From Escherichia phage vB_EcoM_JE01, in sequence record PQ471460.1: 64,000 nt of DNA, one strand, 5' to 3'. The notes beneath the pieces were generated by a model, which saw only the letters and a list, made by a program, of their open reading frames with translations, was not told the origin of the DNA and ran no database searches. Below, piece by piece: positions 33,061 to 42,079 of this stretch. How positions within the stretch are numbered: the first letter of the stretch is position 1; each line of letters begins with the position of its first letter. The translations under genes were made by a program, and so were the position numbers.

Positions 33061-33090
33061 GTTTACAGTATGGTTCCTTTGTGATAGTAT
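33061..33090 (+). promoter_or_regulatory. early-type promoter
   Basis: GTTTAC…18 nt…TAGTAT, then AAGGAG SD and ATG. Confidence 0.5.
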
Positions 33091-33117
33091 TATCTTACAC
33101 AAACAAAGGAGAATAAA

Positions 33118-33450
33118 ATGAAAACGATTAATCTGAACGCTGCGGTTAAAACTAAATGCTTCAATGGTAAATATGATGAAACTATGTGGTTCTTAATGGC
33201 AGTTGAAGGTGATATTATTGAAGTAGAAACAACAGAAGGTATGGGAACAGATTTCACCTTTACAATTCAAGTTCATAATTTCTTTACTGGTTGGATTTAT
33301 GAATTGAATACAGTAATCGTTGGAAAAATTGAACAAAATGAATTAGGTGAATGGTATTATGTTACAGCTCGCCAACGTGCAGAACGCTTAATTGAGAAGA
33401 TGAAAAAAGTTGGCAAACTTGACATGCAGCACTGGAAAGTAGTAAAATAA
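33118..33450 (+). CDS. hypothetical protein
   Basis: 110 aa ORF with own promoter and SD. Confidence 0.5.
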   Translation: MKTINLNAAVKTKCFNGKYDETMWFLMAVEGDIIEVETTEGMGTDFTFTIQVHNFFTGWIYELNTVIVGKIEQNELGEWYYVTARQRAERLIEKMKKVGKLDMQHWKVVK

Positions 33451-33452
33451 TT

Positions 33453-33492
33453 GTTTACTTTGGTACAGGATATGATATTATATACCTGTACC
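33453..33492 (+). promoter_or_regulatory. early-type promoter with perfect 8-bp inverted repeat bracketing the -10
   Basis: GTTTAC…TATTAT; GGTACAGG / CCTGTACC. Confidence 0.5.
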
Positions 33493-33505
33493 GCAATTAA
33501 ACATC

Positions 33506-33883
33506 TTGGAGAATAAAATGAACTACATCAACTTTGAACGTAAATATGTTTCTAATGGTATTGCAGGTTCTATTGATACTATCTGCCTTTGGAAACATCA
33601 AAATGGATCAGTATGCGAAATTGAACAGTATATGACTCCTAACTACGTTTATATGCGATTTGAAAATGGCATCACGGTTTCAATCACGAAAGAAGGTTCT
33701 TCTTTTAAAATCGCATTAGATGATGATTTCCGTCAACGCGATTTAGGTACTCATCCTTGCTGGAATGGCGTCAATCGTAAGCTTCTGGTTAAAACTTGGA
33801 TTCGTCATATTCTGAGTAACAGAGCTAAACCTGAGCATCTTGAAGCAATCTTTGATGTAGTTCTTAACGAATTTGATATTTAA
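33506..33883 (+). CDS. hypothetical protein
   Basis: 125 aa ORF with GGAGA SD. Confidence 0.5.
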   Translation: MENKMNYINFERKYVSNGIAGSIDTICLWKHQNGSVCEIEQYMTPNYVYMRFENGITVSITKEGSSFKIALDDDFRQRDLGTHPCWNGVNRKLLVKTWIRHILSNRAKPEHLEAIFDVVLNEFDI

Positions 33884-33891
33884 AATAAAAC

Positions 33892-33908
33892 AGGGGCTTC
33901 GGCCCCTT
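33892..33908 (+). terminator. UUCG-loop hairpin
   Basis: AGGGGC-TTCG-GCCCCT. Confidence 0.4.
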
Positions 33909-33923
33909 ACTGAGGAAAATACT

Positions 33924-34211
33924 ATGTTTATGACTACTTATTTTGATACCCGCAAAAATTTCTGTGAAGTGGTTTTCTCTAAGGCACCTAAAGACCTTCC
34001 TGCTCATTTGCAACCTACCAGTGAATCAATTAAAAACTATGTTAATACAGTCTGCCCTTTAGAGTTTCGTACTGTAAATGGGCGTGATACTCTAGCTATC
34101 GCTAAACTCAATCGTGAAATTGACATTGACCCTTCAATTGCGCGTGAAATTAACATTTCTGACATTGGTGGCGGTAATGTTAAATCGCACGGTTTTCAGA
34201 TGAGGTTCTAA
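33924..34211 (+). CDS. hypothetical protein
   Basis: MFMTTYFDTRKNF…; 95 aa from Met after the hairpin and GAGGAAA SD. Confidence 0.45.
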   Translation: MFMTTYFDTRKNFCEVVFSKAPKDLPAHLQPTSESIKNYVNTVCPLEFRTVNGRDTLAIAKLNREIDIDPSIAREINISDIGGGNVKSHGFQMRF

Positions 34212-34408
34212 TGAAATTCTTTTTAGGTCAAACTGTTGAATTAAAGGGAGTCGGTATACCTGGATTAATTTCTAAGGTTTTGCCTGCATTTAAATGGAGA
34301 GACGTTCAAATAAAAGAAGCTTATATTGTTTCCTGGGTAGATGGAAATGAAGACCTTCGTATGGGTGATGAATTATCTCCTATTTACGGATTAAAGGAAT
34401 TAGTATGA
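34211..34408 (+). CDS. hypothetical protein
   Basis: 65 aa ORF. Confidence 0.4.
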   Translation: MKFFLGQTVELKGVGIPGLISKVLPAFKWRDVQIKEAYIVSWVDGNEDLRMGDELSPIYGLKELV

Positions 34409-34611
34409 ATATAATTAATAAGATTTTTGGAATTCAGTACATTAAGGTCACATATAAAGTAACGTATAAAGGTCCGTATACCGATGAATATGAAGAGCCA
34501 CAAGTTCAGTCTATTATATTAGAAAAGGACCCTAACTGGCCAGTTGAATTTCGTCTTCCTTGCTATGGTCATTGGGCTGATGTTGAAATTATAAGTATTG
34601 AAAATGTCTGA
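34405..34611 (+). CDS. hypothetical protein
   Basis: 68 aa ORF. Confidence 0.4.
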   Translation: MNIINKIFGIQYIKVTYKVTYKGPYTDEYEEPQVQSIILEKDPNWPVEFRLPCYGHWADVEIISIENV

Positions 34612-35062
34612 GCTAGAGATAAGAAGCAATTTTAGATGGCCATCATGTGCATTAAGCAATTTCGCCCAATGGCCTTTCGTTATGGATGGTATCCAATTTG
34701 GAGGTCTAGAAGGATTCCTCCAAGGATGTAAGGTGAAAAATGTTGAACAGCAAAGACGTATATTTGGGTTATCCGGGCTTGCCGCCCAACAAGCTGGAAG
34801 GTCTTATGCTAGAGCTCAGGACCGTGGCACGTTGTTCTGGCTTGGAACTCCGTTTTCAAGATATTCCGAAGCATGGAAAGAATTATACACAAATGCATAT
34901 TTTGAAGCAGCGATCCAAAACAGGGGTTTTCGTGATGCATTACAAGCCTCGAAAGGAAAAGTTTTGAAGCACAGCATGGCTAGTGGTCTAACAAAAGATG
35001 ATACAATACTAACCGAAGCTGAATTTATTGATGTGTTAAACCTATTAAGAGACTCTCTATGA
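34598..35062 (+). CDS. NADAR (YbiA/DUF1768)-like protein, putative ADP-ribose/NAD-derivative hydrolase
   Basis: motif …CALSNFAQWPFVMDGIQFGGLEGFLQGCK… resembles the LSNF…PF…DG…F…E…Q..K NADAR core; assignment from motif memory only. Confidence 0.5.
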   Translation: MKMSELEIRSNFRWPSCALSNFAQWPFVMDGIQFGGLEGFLQGCKVKNVEQQRRIFGLSGLAAQQAGRSYARAQDRGTLFWLGTPFSRYSEAWKELYTNAYFEAAIQNRGFRDALQASKGKVLKHSMASGLTKDDTILTEAEFIDVLNLLRDSL

Positions 35063-35898
35063 AGCCAACTATTTTGACTGATATTGATGGAGTATGTTTA
35101 AGCTGGCAATCAGGCCTTCCTTATTTTGCTCAGAAATATAATCTTCCATTAGAACATATTTTAAAAATGATCCAAGATGAGAAATTTATTTCTCCAGGTA
35201 AGCTCTTTAATTGTGATGAAGAACTTGGCGTCAAGTTAATTGAAAAATACAATCGTTCAGATTTTATTCGTTACTTGTCTCCGTATAAAGATGCCCTGTG
35301 TGTAATTAACAAATTAAAAGAAGATTATAATTTTGTAGCTGTTACAGCATTGGGTGATTCTATTGACGCTCTGTTGAATCGTCAATTTAATTTGAACGCT
35401 CTTTTTCCTGGTGCCTTCTCAGAAGTAATGATGTGTGGTCATGATTCTTCAAAAGAAGAGCTGTTCAAAAAGGCAAAAGAGAAATATAACGTAATTTGTT
35501 ATATTGACGATCTCGCCCATCACTGCGATCATGCGAGTGAAATATTAAATGTTCCAGTTTATTGGATGGCTCGAGGAGAGCGTGACAATATTCCAAAAAC
35601 TGCGCAGCGAGTTTATACATGGAATGATGTAGAAAATAAGCTTTTTTCGCCGAAGGAAAATAAAGAAAGTTTTGATAGTGAAAAAGCTATAAAAGATTTA
35701 ATTGAGAAGATGGTTAAAAACGATTCTTTTCCTTGGAACACTACCTGGAGAACGCCTGGATTTAATCCTTATAATCATCTATATCATCCATATCAGACAC
35801 ATCCGTTTCAGACATGGAACTATATTAAACCTGGTGGCATAGAGTATTTGTATAATAGACCTACTAGTGGTGATAATATTTTTCAAGGAGCATTCTAA
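35059..35898 (+). CDS. HAD-superfamily hydrolase, putative (deoxy)nucleotidase
   Basis: N-terminal LTDIDGV (HAD motif I DxDG), later VTALGDS and YIDDLAHH; aromatic-rich C-terminal extension. Confidence 0.55.
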   Translation: MKPTILTDIDGVCLSWQSGLPYFAQKYNLPLEHILKMIQDEKFISPGKLFNCDEELGVKLIEKYNRSDFIRYLSPYKDALCVINKLKEDYNFVAVTALGDSIDALLNRQFNLNALFPGAFSEVMMCGHDSSKEELFKKAKEKYNVICYIDDLAHHCDHASEILNVPVYWMARGERDNIPKTAQRVYTWNDVENKLFSPKENKESFDSEKAIKDLIEKMVKNDSFPWNTTWRTPGFNPYNHLYHPYQTHPFQTWNYIKPGGIEYLYNRPTSGDNIFQGAF

Positions 35899-36167
35899 TG
35901 TTTGTTGTTCATACTATTTATGAAAATGAAGGTAATACTACACGTGATTACGGTCACGTAAATCAATTTTTTAGATGCAATCCAGAATTCCGTGCTCAAA
36001 AAGACGAACGAATTTTTAAAAAATGTGTAGAACAAGGTTTCATTTACGTCAAGCATTGGATGCAAGGAAATAAAGTTAGAACTACATATCATAAGTCTTT
36101 GCCTGAGCTTAATGATGAATTGATTTATAATAGAGATGTAAATCAAACTCTGAAGGATGAACAATGA
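35898..36167 (+). CDS. hypothetical protein (30.1-like position)
   Basis: 89 aa ORF, ATG overlaps previous stop. Confidence 0.45.
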   Translation: MFVVHTIYENEGNTTRDYGHVNQFFRCNPEFRAQKDERIFKKCVEQGFIYVKHWMQGNKVRTTYHKSLPELNDELIYNRDVNQTLKDEQ

Positions 36168-37627
36168 TTCTTAAAATTCTGAATGAAATAGCATCTATTG
36201 GATCAACTAAACAGAAGCAAGCAATTCTTGAAAAGAATAAAGATAATGAATTGCTTAAACGAGTATATCGTCTGACTTATTCTCGTGGGTTACAGTATTA
36301 TATCAAGAAATGGCCTAAACCTGGTATTGCTACCCAGAGTTTTGGAATGCTGACTATTACCGATATGCTTGACTTCATTGAATTCACATTAGCTACTCGG
36401 AAATTGACTGGAAACGCGGCAATTGAGGAATTAACTGGATATATCACCGATGGTAAAAAGGATGATGTTGAAGTTTTGCGTCGAGTTATGATGCGAGACC
36501 TTGAATGCGGTGCTTCAGTATCTATTGCAAACAAAGTTTGGCCAGGTTTAATTCCTGAACAACCTCAAATGCTGGCAAGTTCTTATGATGAAAAAGGCAT
36601 TAGTAAGAATATCAAGTTTCCAGCTTTTGCGCAGTTAAAAGCAGATGGAGCTCGGTGTTTTGCTGAAGTCAGAGGTGATGAATTAGATGATGTTCGTCTT
36701 TTATCACGAGCTGGCAATGAATACCTAGGATTAGATCTTCTTAAGGAAGAGTTAATCAAAATGACTGCTGAAGCCCGCCAGATTCATCCAGAAGGCGTGT
36801 TAATCGATGGCGAATTGGTATACCATGAGCAAGTTAAAAAGGAACCAGAAGGCCTAGATTTTCTTTTTGATGCTTATCCTGAAATTAGTAAAGCTAAAGA
36901 ATTCGCCAAAGTAGCGGAATCTCGTACTGCTTCTAATGGAATCGCCAATAAATCCTTAAAAGGAACCATTTCCGAAAAAGAAGCCAAATGCATGAAGTTT
37001 CAGGTCTGGGATTATGTCCCGTTGGTAGAAATATACGGTCTTCAGGCGTTTCGTTTAAAATATGATGTACGTTTTTCTAAACTAGAACAAATGACATCAG
37101 GATATGATAAAGTAATTTTAATTGAAAACCAGGTAGTAAATAACCTAGATGAAGCTAAGGTAATTTATAAAAAATATATTGACCAAGGTCTTGAAGGTAT
37201 TATTCTCAAAAATACCGATGGATTGTGGGAAAATGCTCGTTCAAAAAATCTCTATAAATTTAAAGAAGTAATTGATGTTGATTTAAAAATTGTAGGAATT
37301 TATCCTCACCGTAAAGACCCTACTAAAGCGGGTGGATTTATTCTTGAATCAGAGTGTGGAAAAATTAAAGTAAATGCAGGTTCAGGCTTAAAAGATAAAG
37401 CCGGTGTAAAATCGCATGAACTTGACCGTACTCGCATTATGGAAAACCAAAATTATTATATTGGAAAAATTCTAGAGTGCGAATGCAACGGTTGGTTAAA
37501 ATCTGATGGCCGCACTGATTACGTTAAATTATTTCTTCCGATTGCGATTCGTTTACGTGAAGATAAAACTAAAGCTAATACATTCGAGGATGTATTTGGT
37601 GATTTTCATGAGGTAACTGGTCTATGA
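36164..37627 (+). CDS. 30: ATP-dependent DNA ligase
   Basis: MILKILNEIASIGSTKQKQAILEKNKDNELLKRVYRLTYSRG… matches T4 ligase (487 aa); KADG adenylation motif. Confidence 0.96.
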   Translation: MILKILNEIASIGSTKQKQAILEKNKDNELLKRVYRLTYSRGLQYYIKKWPKPGIATQSFGMLTITDMLDFIEFTLATRKLTGNAAIEELTGYITDGKKDDVEVLRRVMMRDLECGASVSIANKVWPGLIPEQPQMLASSYDEKGISKNIKFPAFAQLKADGARCFAEVRGDELDDVRLLSRAGNEYLGLDLLKEELIKMTAEARQIHPEGVLIDGELVYHEQVKKEPEGLDFLFDAYPEISKAKEFAKVAESRTASNGIANKSLKGTISEKEAKCMKFQVWDYVPLVEIYGLQAFRLKYDVRFSKLEQMTSGYDKVILIENQVVNNLDEAKVIYKKYIDQGLEGIILKNTDGLWENARSKNLYKFKEVIDVDLKIVGIYPHRKDPTKAGGFILESECGKIKVNAGSGLKDKAGVKSHELDRTRIMENQNYYIGKILECECNGWLKSDGRTDYVKLFLPIAIRLREDKTKANTFEDVFGDFHEVTGL

Positions 37628-37812
37628 AAGCTTACTTAGAAACAATTGTCGTGGCTCAAAAAGAAGGTGGAGATGTTTCTACTTCTGTATCACAAATCGT
37701 TCTCGAATTTGTAGATGCATATGCTTATAATAAATTTACAGAAACATTTGATGCCTATGAAAAAGGGCCAAAGTTTGAAATATATCGTACTCTCTTACCA
37801 TTAGATTATTAA
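37624..37812 (+). CDS. hypothetical protein
   Basis: 62 aa ORF overlapping ligase stop. Confidence 0.4.
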   Translation: MKAYLETIVVAQKEGGDVSTSVSQIVLEFVDAYAYNKFTETFDAYEKGPKFEIYRTLLPLDY

Positions 37813-37834
37813 AGGCCTTCGGGCCTTTAATTTT
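37811..37834 (+). terminator. rho-independent terminator
   Basis: AAAGGCC-TTCG-GGCCTTT followed by AATTTT. Confidence 0.65.
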
Positions 37835-37842
37835 ATAAATAG
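37835..37842 (+). promoter_or_regulatory. late promoter TATAAATA upstream of first Alt-like gene
   Basis: exact TATAAATA about 20 nt upstream of ATG 37862. Confidence 0.55.
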
Positions 37843-37861
37843 AATAAACACTAGAGAGGAT

Positions 37862-39958
37862 ATGATGGAACTTATTACAGAATTATTTGACGAAGATACT
37901 ACTCTTCCGATTACAAACTTAAATCCAAAGAAGAAAATACCGCAAATTTTTTCAGTTCATGTTGATGACGCAATTGAACAACCAGGCTTTCGTTTATGTA
38001 CCTATACATCTGGAGGTGATACTAATCGCGATTTAAAAATGGGCGATAAAATGATGCATATTGTTCCTTTTACATTAACTGCTAAAGGTTCAATTGCTAA
38101 ATTAAAAGGTCTCGGTCCAAGCCCAATTAATTACATCAATTCAGTTTTTACTGTTGCAATGCAGACGATGCGTCAGTATAAAATTGATGCCTGTATGCTC
38201 CGTATTCTTAAGTCTAAAACTGCTGGTCAAGCTCGACAAATTCAAGTTATTGCTGATAGACTTATCCGTAGTCGTTCAGGTGGCAGATACGTCCTTCTTA
38301 AGGAACTCTGGGATTATGATAAAAAGTATGCATATATTCTTATACATCGCAAAAATGTATCACTAGAAGACATTCCAGGAGTTCCTGAAATTAGTACCGA
38401 GCTCTTTACTAAAGTTGAATCGAAAGTCGGCGATGTTTATATCAATAAAGATACTGGAGCTCAAGTAACTAAAAATGAGGCAATTGCTGCTTCTATTGCA
38501 CAAGAAAATGATAAACGTTCTGACCAAGCTGTAATCGTTAAAGTTAAAATTTCCCGTAGAGCAATTGCACAAAGTCAGTCATTGGAATCTTCTAGATTTG
38601 AAAGTGAATTATTCCAGAAATATGAATCTACCGCAGCTAATTTCAATAAACCTGCTACAGCTCCTTTAATTCCCGAAGCAGAAGAAATGAAGCTTGGAAT
38701 TAATTCATTAGCTTCTAAAACTAAGGCAGCAAAAATTATTGCCGAAGGAACCGCAGATGAACTTCACTATGACTATAAATTCTTTTCAAAAAGTGAGGTT
38801 AATGAAGTTTCTGAAAAAATTAAAGATGTAATTCTCAATGCGATTAAAAATGAACCAACCACTTCAATAAAATGTTTAGAGAAATACGCAGCAGCTGTTA
38901 ATCAATTCTTTGAAGAATATAAAGATAATTGGCTTGATAAACATAATAAAACCCGTAAAGGACAGCCAGATGAAGTCTGGGAAGAAATAACTAAAAATTC
39001 CTGGAACGCAGCAAAAACTAAATTCCTCAAACGAATGATTTATAGCTTTTCTGGAATTGGTGCAGGTCCAATGATTGATATTACTATTGCCCGTGATGGT
39101 TCTAAATATACTCCATCGCAAAAGCGCGGCATTAGAGAGTATTGTGGATCAGGATATACTGACATCAATAATCTTCTTTTAGGCCGCTACAATCCAGAAC
39201 GATATGATGTAATGAGTGAAAAAGAAATTGAATCTGCGATAAATAATTTAGATTCAGCTTTTGAAAATGGTGACCGTATACCAGAAGGCATTACAGTTTA
39301 TCGTGCTCAAAGTATGACTGCTCCTATATACGAAGCGCTAGTTAAAAATAAAGTGTTCTATTTCAGAAATTTTGTATCTACTTCTTTAACTCCTATCATT
39401 TTTGGACGTTTTGGAATTACACATGCTGGCATCGGTCTTTTAGAACCAGAAGCTCGTAATGAATTAACAGTTGATAAAAATGAAGAAGGAATAACTATTA
39501 ATCCAAACGAAATAAGAGCGTATAAAGAAAATCCTGAATACGTTAAAGTTCAAATAGGATGGGCAATTGATGGAGCTCATAAAGTTAATGTTGTATATCC
39601 AGGAAGTCTCGGAATAGCAACAGAAGCTGAAGTTATTCTACCACGCGGATTGATGGTCAAAGTTAATAAAATAACTGATGCTTCTAATAATGACGGAACA
39701 ACATCTAATAATACAAAACTCATTCAAGCTGAAGTTATGACTACGGAAGAACTCACTGAATCGGTAATCTATGATGGAGACCATTTAATGGAAACTGGTG
39801 AAGTAGTTGCAATGACAGATGATATTGAAATAGAAGACAGAGTTGACTTTGCATCATTTGTTTCATCAAATGTTAAACAGAAAGCAGAATCATCTCTTGG
39901 AATTATTGCGTCTTGCATAGATATTACAAACATGCCTTACAAGTTCGTTCAAGGATAA
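37862..39958 (+). CDS. Alt-family ADP-ribosyltransferase paralog 1 (head-packaged)
   Basis: 698 aa; N-terminus MELITELFD…; C-terminal R…STS…E(AEVILPRG) ART signature. Confidence 0.8.
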   Translation: MMELITELFDEDTTLPITNLNPKKKIPQIFSVHVDDAIEQPGFRLCTYTSGGDTNRDLKMGDKMMHIVPFTLTAKGSIAKLKGLGPSPINYINSVFTVAMQTMRQYKIDACMLRILKSKTAGQARQIQVIADRLIRSRSGGRYVLLKELWDYDKKYAYILIHRKNVSLEDIPGVPEISTELFTKVESKVGDVYINKDTGAQVTKNEAIAASIAQENDKRSDQAVIVKVKISRRAIAQSQSLESSRFESELFQKYESTAANFNKPATAPLIPEAEEMKLGINSLASKTKAAKIIAEGTADELHYDYKFFSKSEVNEVSEKIKDVILNAIKNEPTTSIKCLEKYAAAVNQFFEEYKDNWLDKHNKTRKGQPDEVWEEITKNSWNAAKTKFLKRMIYSFSGIGAGPMIDITIARDGSKYTPSQKRGIREYCGSGYTDINNLLLGRYNPERYDVMSEKEIESAINNLDSAFENGDRIPEGITVYRAQSMTAPIYEALVKNKVFYFRNFVSTSLTPIIFGRFGITHAGIGLLEPEARNELTVDKNEEGITINPNEIRAYKENPEYVKVQIGWAIDGAHKVNVVYPGSLGIATEAEVILPRGLMVKVNKITDASNNDGTTSNNTKLIQAEVMTTEELTESVIYDGDHLMETGEVVAMTDDIEIEDRVDFASFVSSNVKQKAESSLGIIASCIDITNMPYKFVQG

Positions 39959-39961
39959 ATC

Positions 39962-42019
39962 ATGGAACTTATTACAGAATTATTTGACGGCGCTTCGGCG
40001 CCGGTTGTTAACTTAAATCCTAAGCATAAAATACCTCAAATTTTTGCTATTCAAGCAGGTGAAGAAAGCGTGCTTCCTGGATTTAGATTTTGTACATACA
40101 CCTCTGGCGGTGATACAAACAAAAACGTTAAGCCAGGCGATAAAATGATGCATATCGTAATGATAGGTGTTAATGAGAAACTATCATTAGTTAAACTTAA
40201 AAACTTGGGTGGAAATCCAATTGGTGTTATTAATGCAGTTTTTGATACTGCTCTTCAAACAATGAAACAGTATAAAATTGACGCATGCCTATTCCGCGTA
40301 CTAAAGAGTAAAACAAACGGTGCAGCTCGTCAAATGCAAGTTATTGCCGACCGTTTAGTACGTACTAAAGGAGCAGGTCGATATGTTCTTTTAAAGGAAA
40401 TCTGGGACTATGATAAGAAATATGCATATATTATGGTTTATCGTAAAAATGCCAATTTAGAAGACATTCCAGGTGTACCTCCTATTTCAACTGAGTTATT
40501 CACAAAGGTTGAATCAAAGGTTGGTGATGTTTATGTAGATGTTAAAACAGGTAATGCTGTTCCTAAAGCTGTTGCTGTTGCTGCTTCTATTGCTTTAGAA
40601 AATGATAAGCGCACGGATCAAGCTGTAATTCAAAAAACTAAAATTAGTCGTCGATTAGCAGCACAAGCTCAATATTCTACTGTCGATGCTTCACTTCAGG
40701 GTGATAGCTTCGCTGCTAAGAAATACCAAGAGTTTGAATCTAAAGTTCCGGTATATAAAGCAGAAGGACCAATGAACTCCGGCGTTATTCAGGTTGGTTC
40801 AAACTTCAGCAAAGGAGCTATCGGTGGTATGAGAAGTGCTTCTCGTTTTAAATCTAATGATTATGAACTAGAAAGCTTCCGAAATCATATTGCATTGGCT
40901 CATGCACGTTTACGTGATCCATCTATCAAGTTACAGAGCGATATAACATATCAAGGTTCTCAAGAATATTTAAAGAATAAAGAATTTTTTGATTATAAAA
41001 CTGATAAAATTTTAAGCGATCTTGCTGACATTAATATTTCTAATAGCTTTGATGTTATTAAGAAAATCGTCAATGATTTAGTTAAAGGTTCTAAAGCCAC
41101 GCCAGATGAAAAGGTAGCTATTGTTCAATTTGTCATGAATGGCGTGTATAAATTGATTAATGAGTCTGCTTCTCAAGCGTATGAATATGCAAGTACTGAA
41201 GTACCCCCAAAAGGATTAACTCAGGCTGAGTCTGATGTAATTGAAGATTATTGTGCAGATTCATATGTTGAAATGAACTCGTTCCTTTTAGGTAAACCGG
41301 ATTCTACCCGTGAAGAATATATGGAACGAGCTATTAAACACATCGAGACAATGGATTCTGCCTTTGCCAAAGGATCAGTTCTTCCTCCAGGAACTACACT
41401 TTACCGTGGGCAAGAAGTTACTTTTAAAACTTTACGTCATAATATTGAAAATAAAATGTTCTATTTCAAGAACTTCGTATCCACATCGCTTAAACCAAAT
41501 ATCTTCGGTGAGTATGGTAAAAACTATATGGCTCTAGATGATTCCAGTACAGTATTTTCTGGTGAAGGAGAAGGTTCAGTTGATGCTGAAGATTTAATGC
41601 ATATGGGTAGTCACTCTGCTTATGCGAATGAAGATGCTGAAACTAGCGTAGGTATGGTAATTAAAGGGGCTGAGCGAATTAAAGTTATCGTTCCAGGTCA
41701 TTTATCAGGATTTCCATCAGAAGCTGAAGTTATTTTACCACGTGGAATTTTGCTGAAGATTAATAAAGTGAGTACGTACATGATGAAAGAAACTGCTTAT
41801 AACAAGTATCTAATCGAAGGCACAATCGTTCCTCCTTCTGAACAATTAGAAGAATCGGTATATGATGGCGACCACCTGATGGAAACTGGTGAAGTTCGTC
41901 CAATGACTGGGTTTAATCAATTCCTTGTAGAAGAATCAAAAGAAGAGGAAAACGAAGTTTCTCAAATCTTGGCTTCTTTGATTAACATCAACGGAATGTC
42001 TAAAAAGTTCAAAATGTAG
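39962..42019 (+). CDS. alt: Alt-family ADP-ribosyltransferase paralog 2
   Basis: 685 aa; N-terminus MELITELFDGASAPVVNLNPKHKIPQIF…; R-S-E motif region (LYRGQ…FVSTSL…SEAEVILPRG). Confidence 0.8.
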   Translation: MELITELFDGASAPVVNLNPKHKIPQIFAIQAGEESVLPGFRFCTYTSGGDTNKNVKPGDKMMHIVMIGVNEKLSLVKLKNLGGNPIGVINAVFDTALQTMKQYKIDACLFRVLKSKTNGAARQMQVIADRLVRTKGAGRYVLLKEIWDYDKKYAYIMVYRKNANLEDIPGVPPISTELFTKVESKVGDVYVDVKTGNAVPKAVAVAASIALENDKRTDQAVIQKTKISRRLAAQAQYSTVDASLQGDSFAAKKYQEFESKVPVYKAEGPMNSGVIQVGSNFSKGAIGGMRSASRFKSNDYELESFRNHIALAHARLRDPSIKLQSDITYQGSQEYLKNKEFFDYKTDKILSDLADINISNSFDVIKKIVNDLVKGSKATPDEKVAIVQFVMNGVYKLINESASQAYEYASTEVPPKGLTQAESDVIEDYCADSYVEMNSFLLGKPDSTREEYMERAIKHIETMDSAFAKGSVLPPGTTLYRGQEVTFKTLRHNIENKMFYFKNFVSTSLKPNIFGEYGKNYMALDDSSTVFSGEGEGSVDAEDLMHMGSHSAYANEDAETSVGMVIKGAERIKVIVPGHLSGFPSEAEVILPRGILLKINKVSTYMMKETAYNKYLIEGTIVPPSEQLEESVYDGDHLMETGEVRPMTGFNQFLVEESKEEENEVSQILASLININGMSKKFKM

Positions 42020-42072
42020 TTTACAAGTCCCTCGTGTTGTGTTATAGTAATCTTACTGACATAACATGAGGA
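42019..42072 (+). promoter_or_regulatory. early promoter plus leader cassette, copy B
   Basis: 52/54 identical to 26326-26379. Confidence 0.6.
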
Positions 42073-42079
42073 ACACAAA

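Noticed and set aside
34740-34967. 75-aa + strand ORF in another frame within the NADAR-like gene
   Set aside because: Nested alternate-frame ORF with no SD; the overlapping frame carries the recognisable NADAR-like motif.
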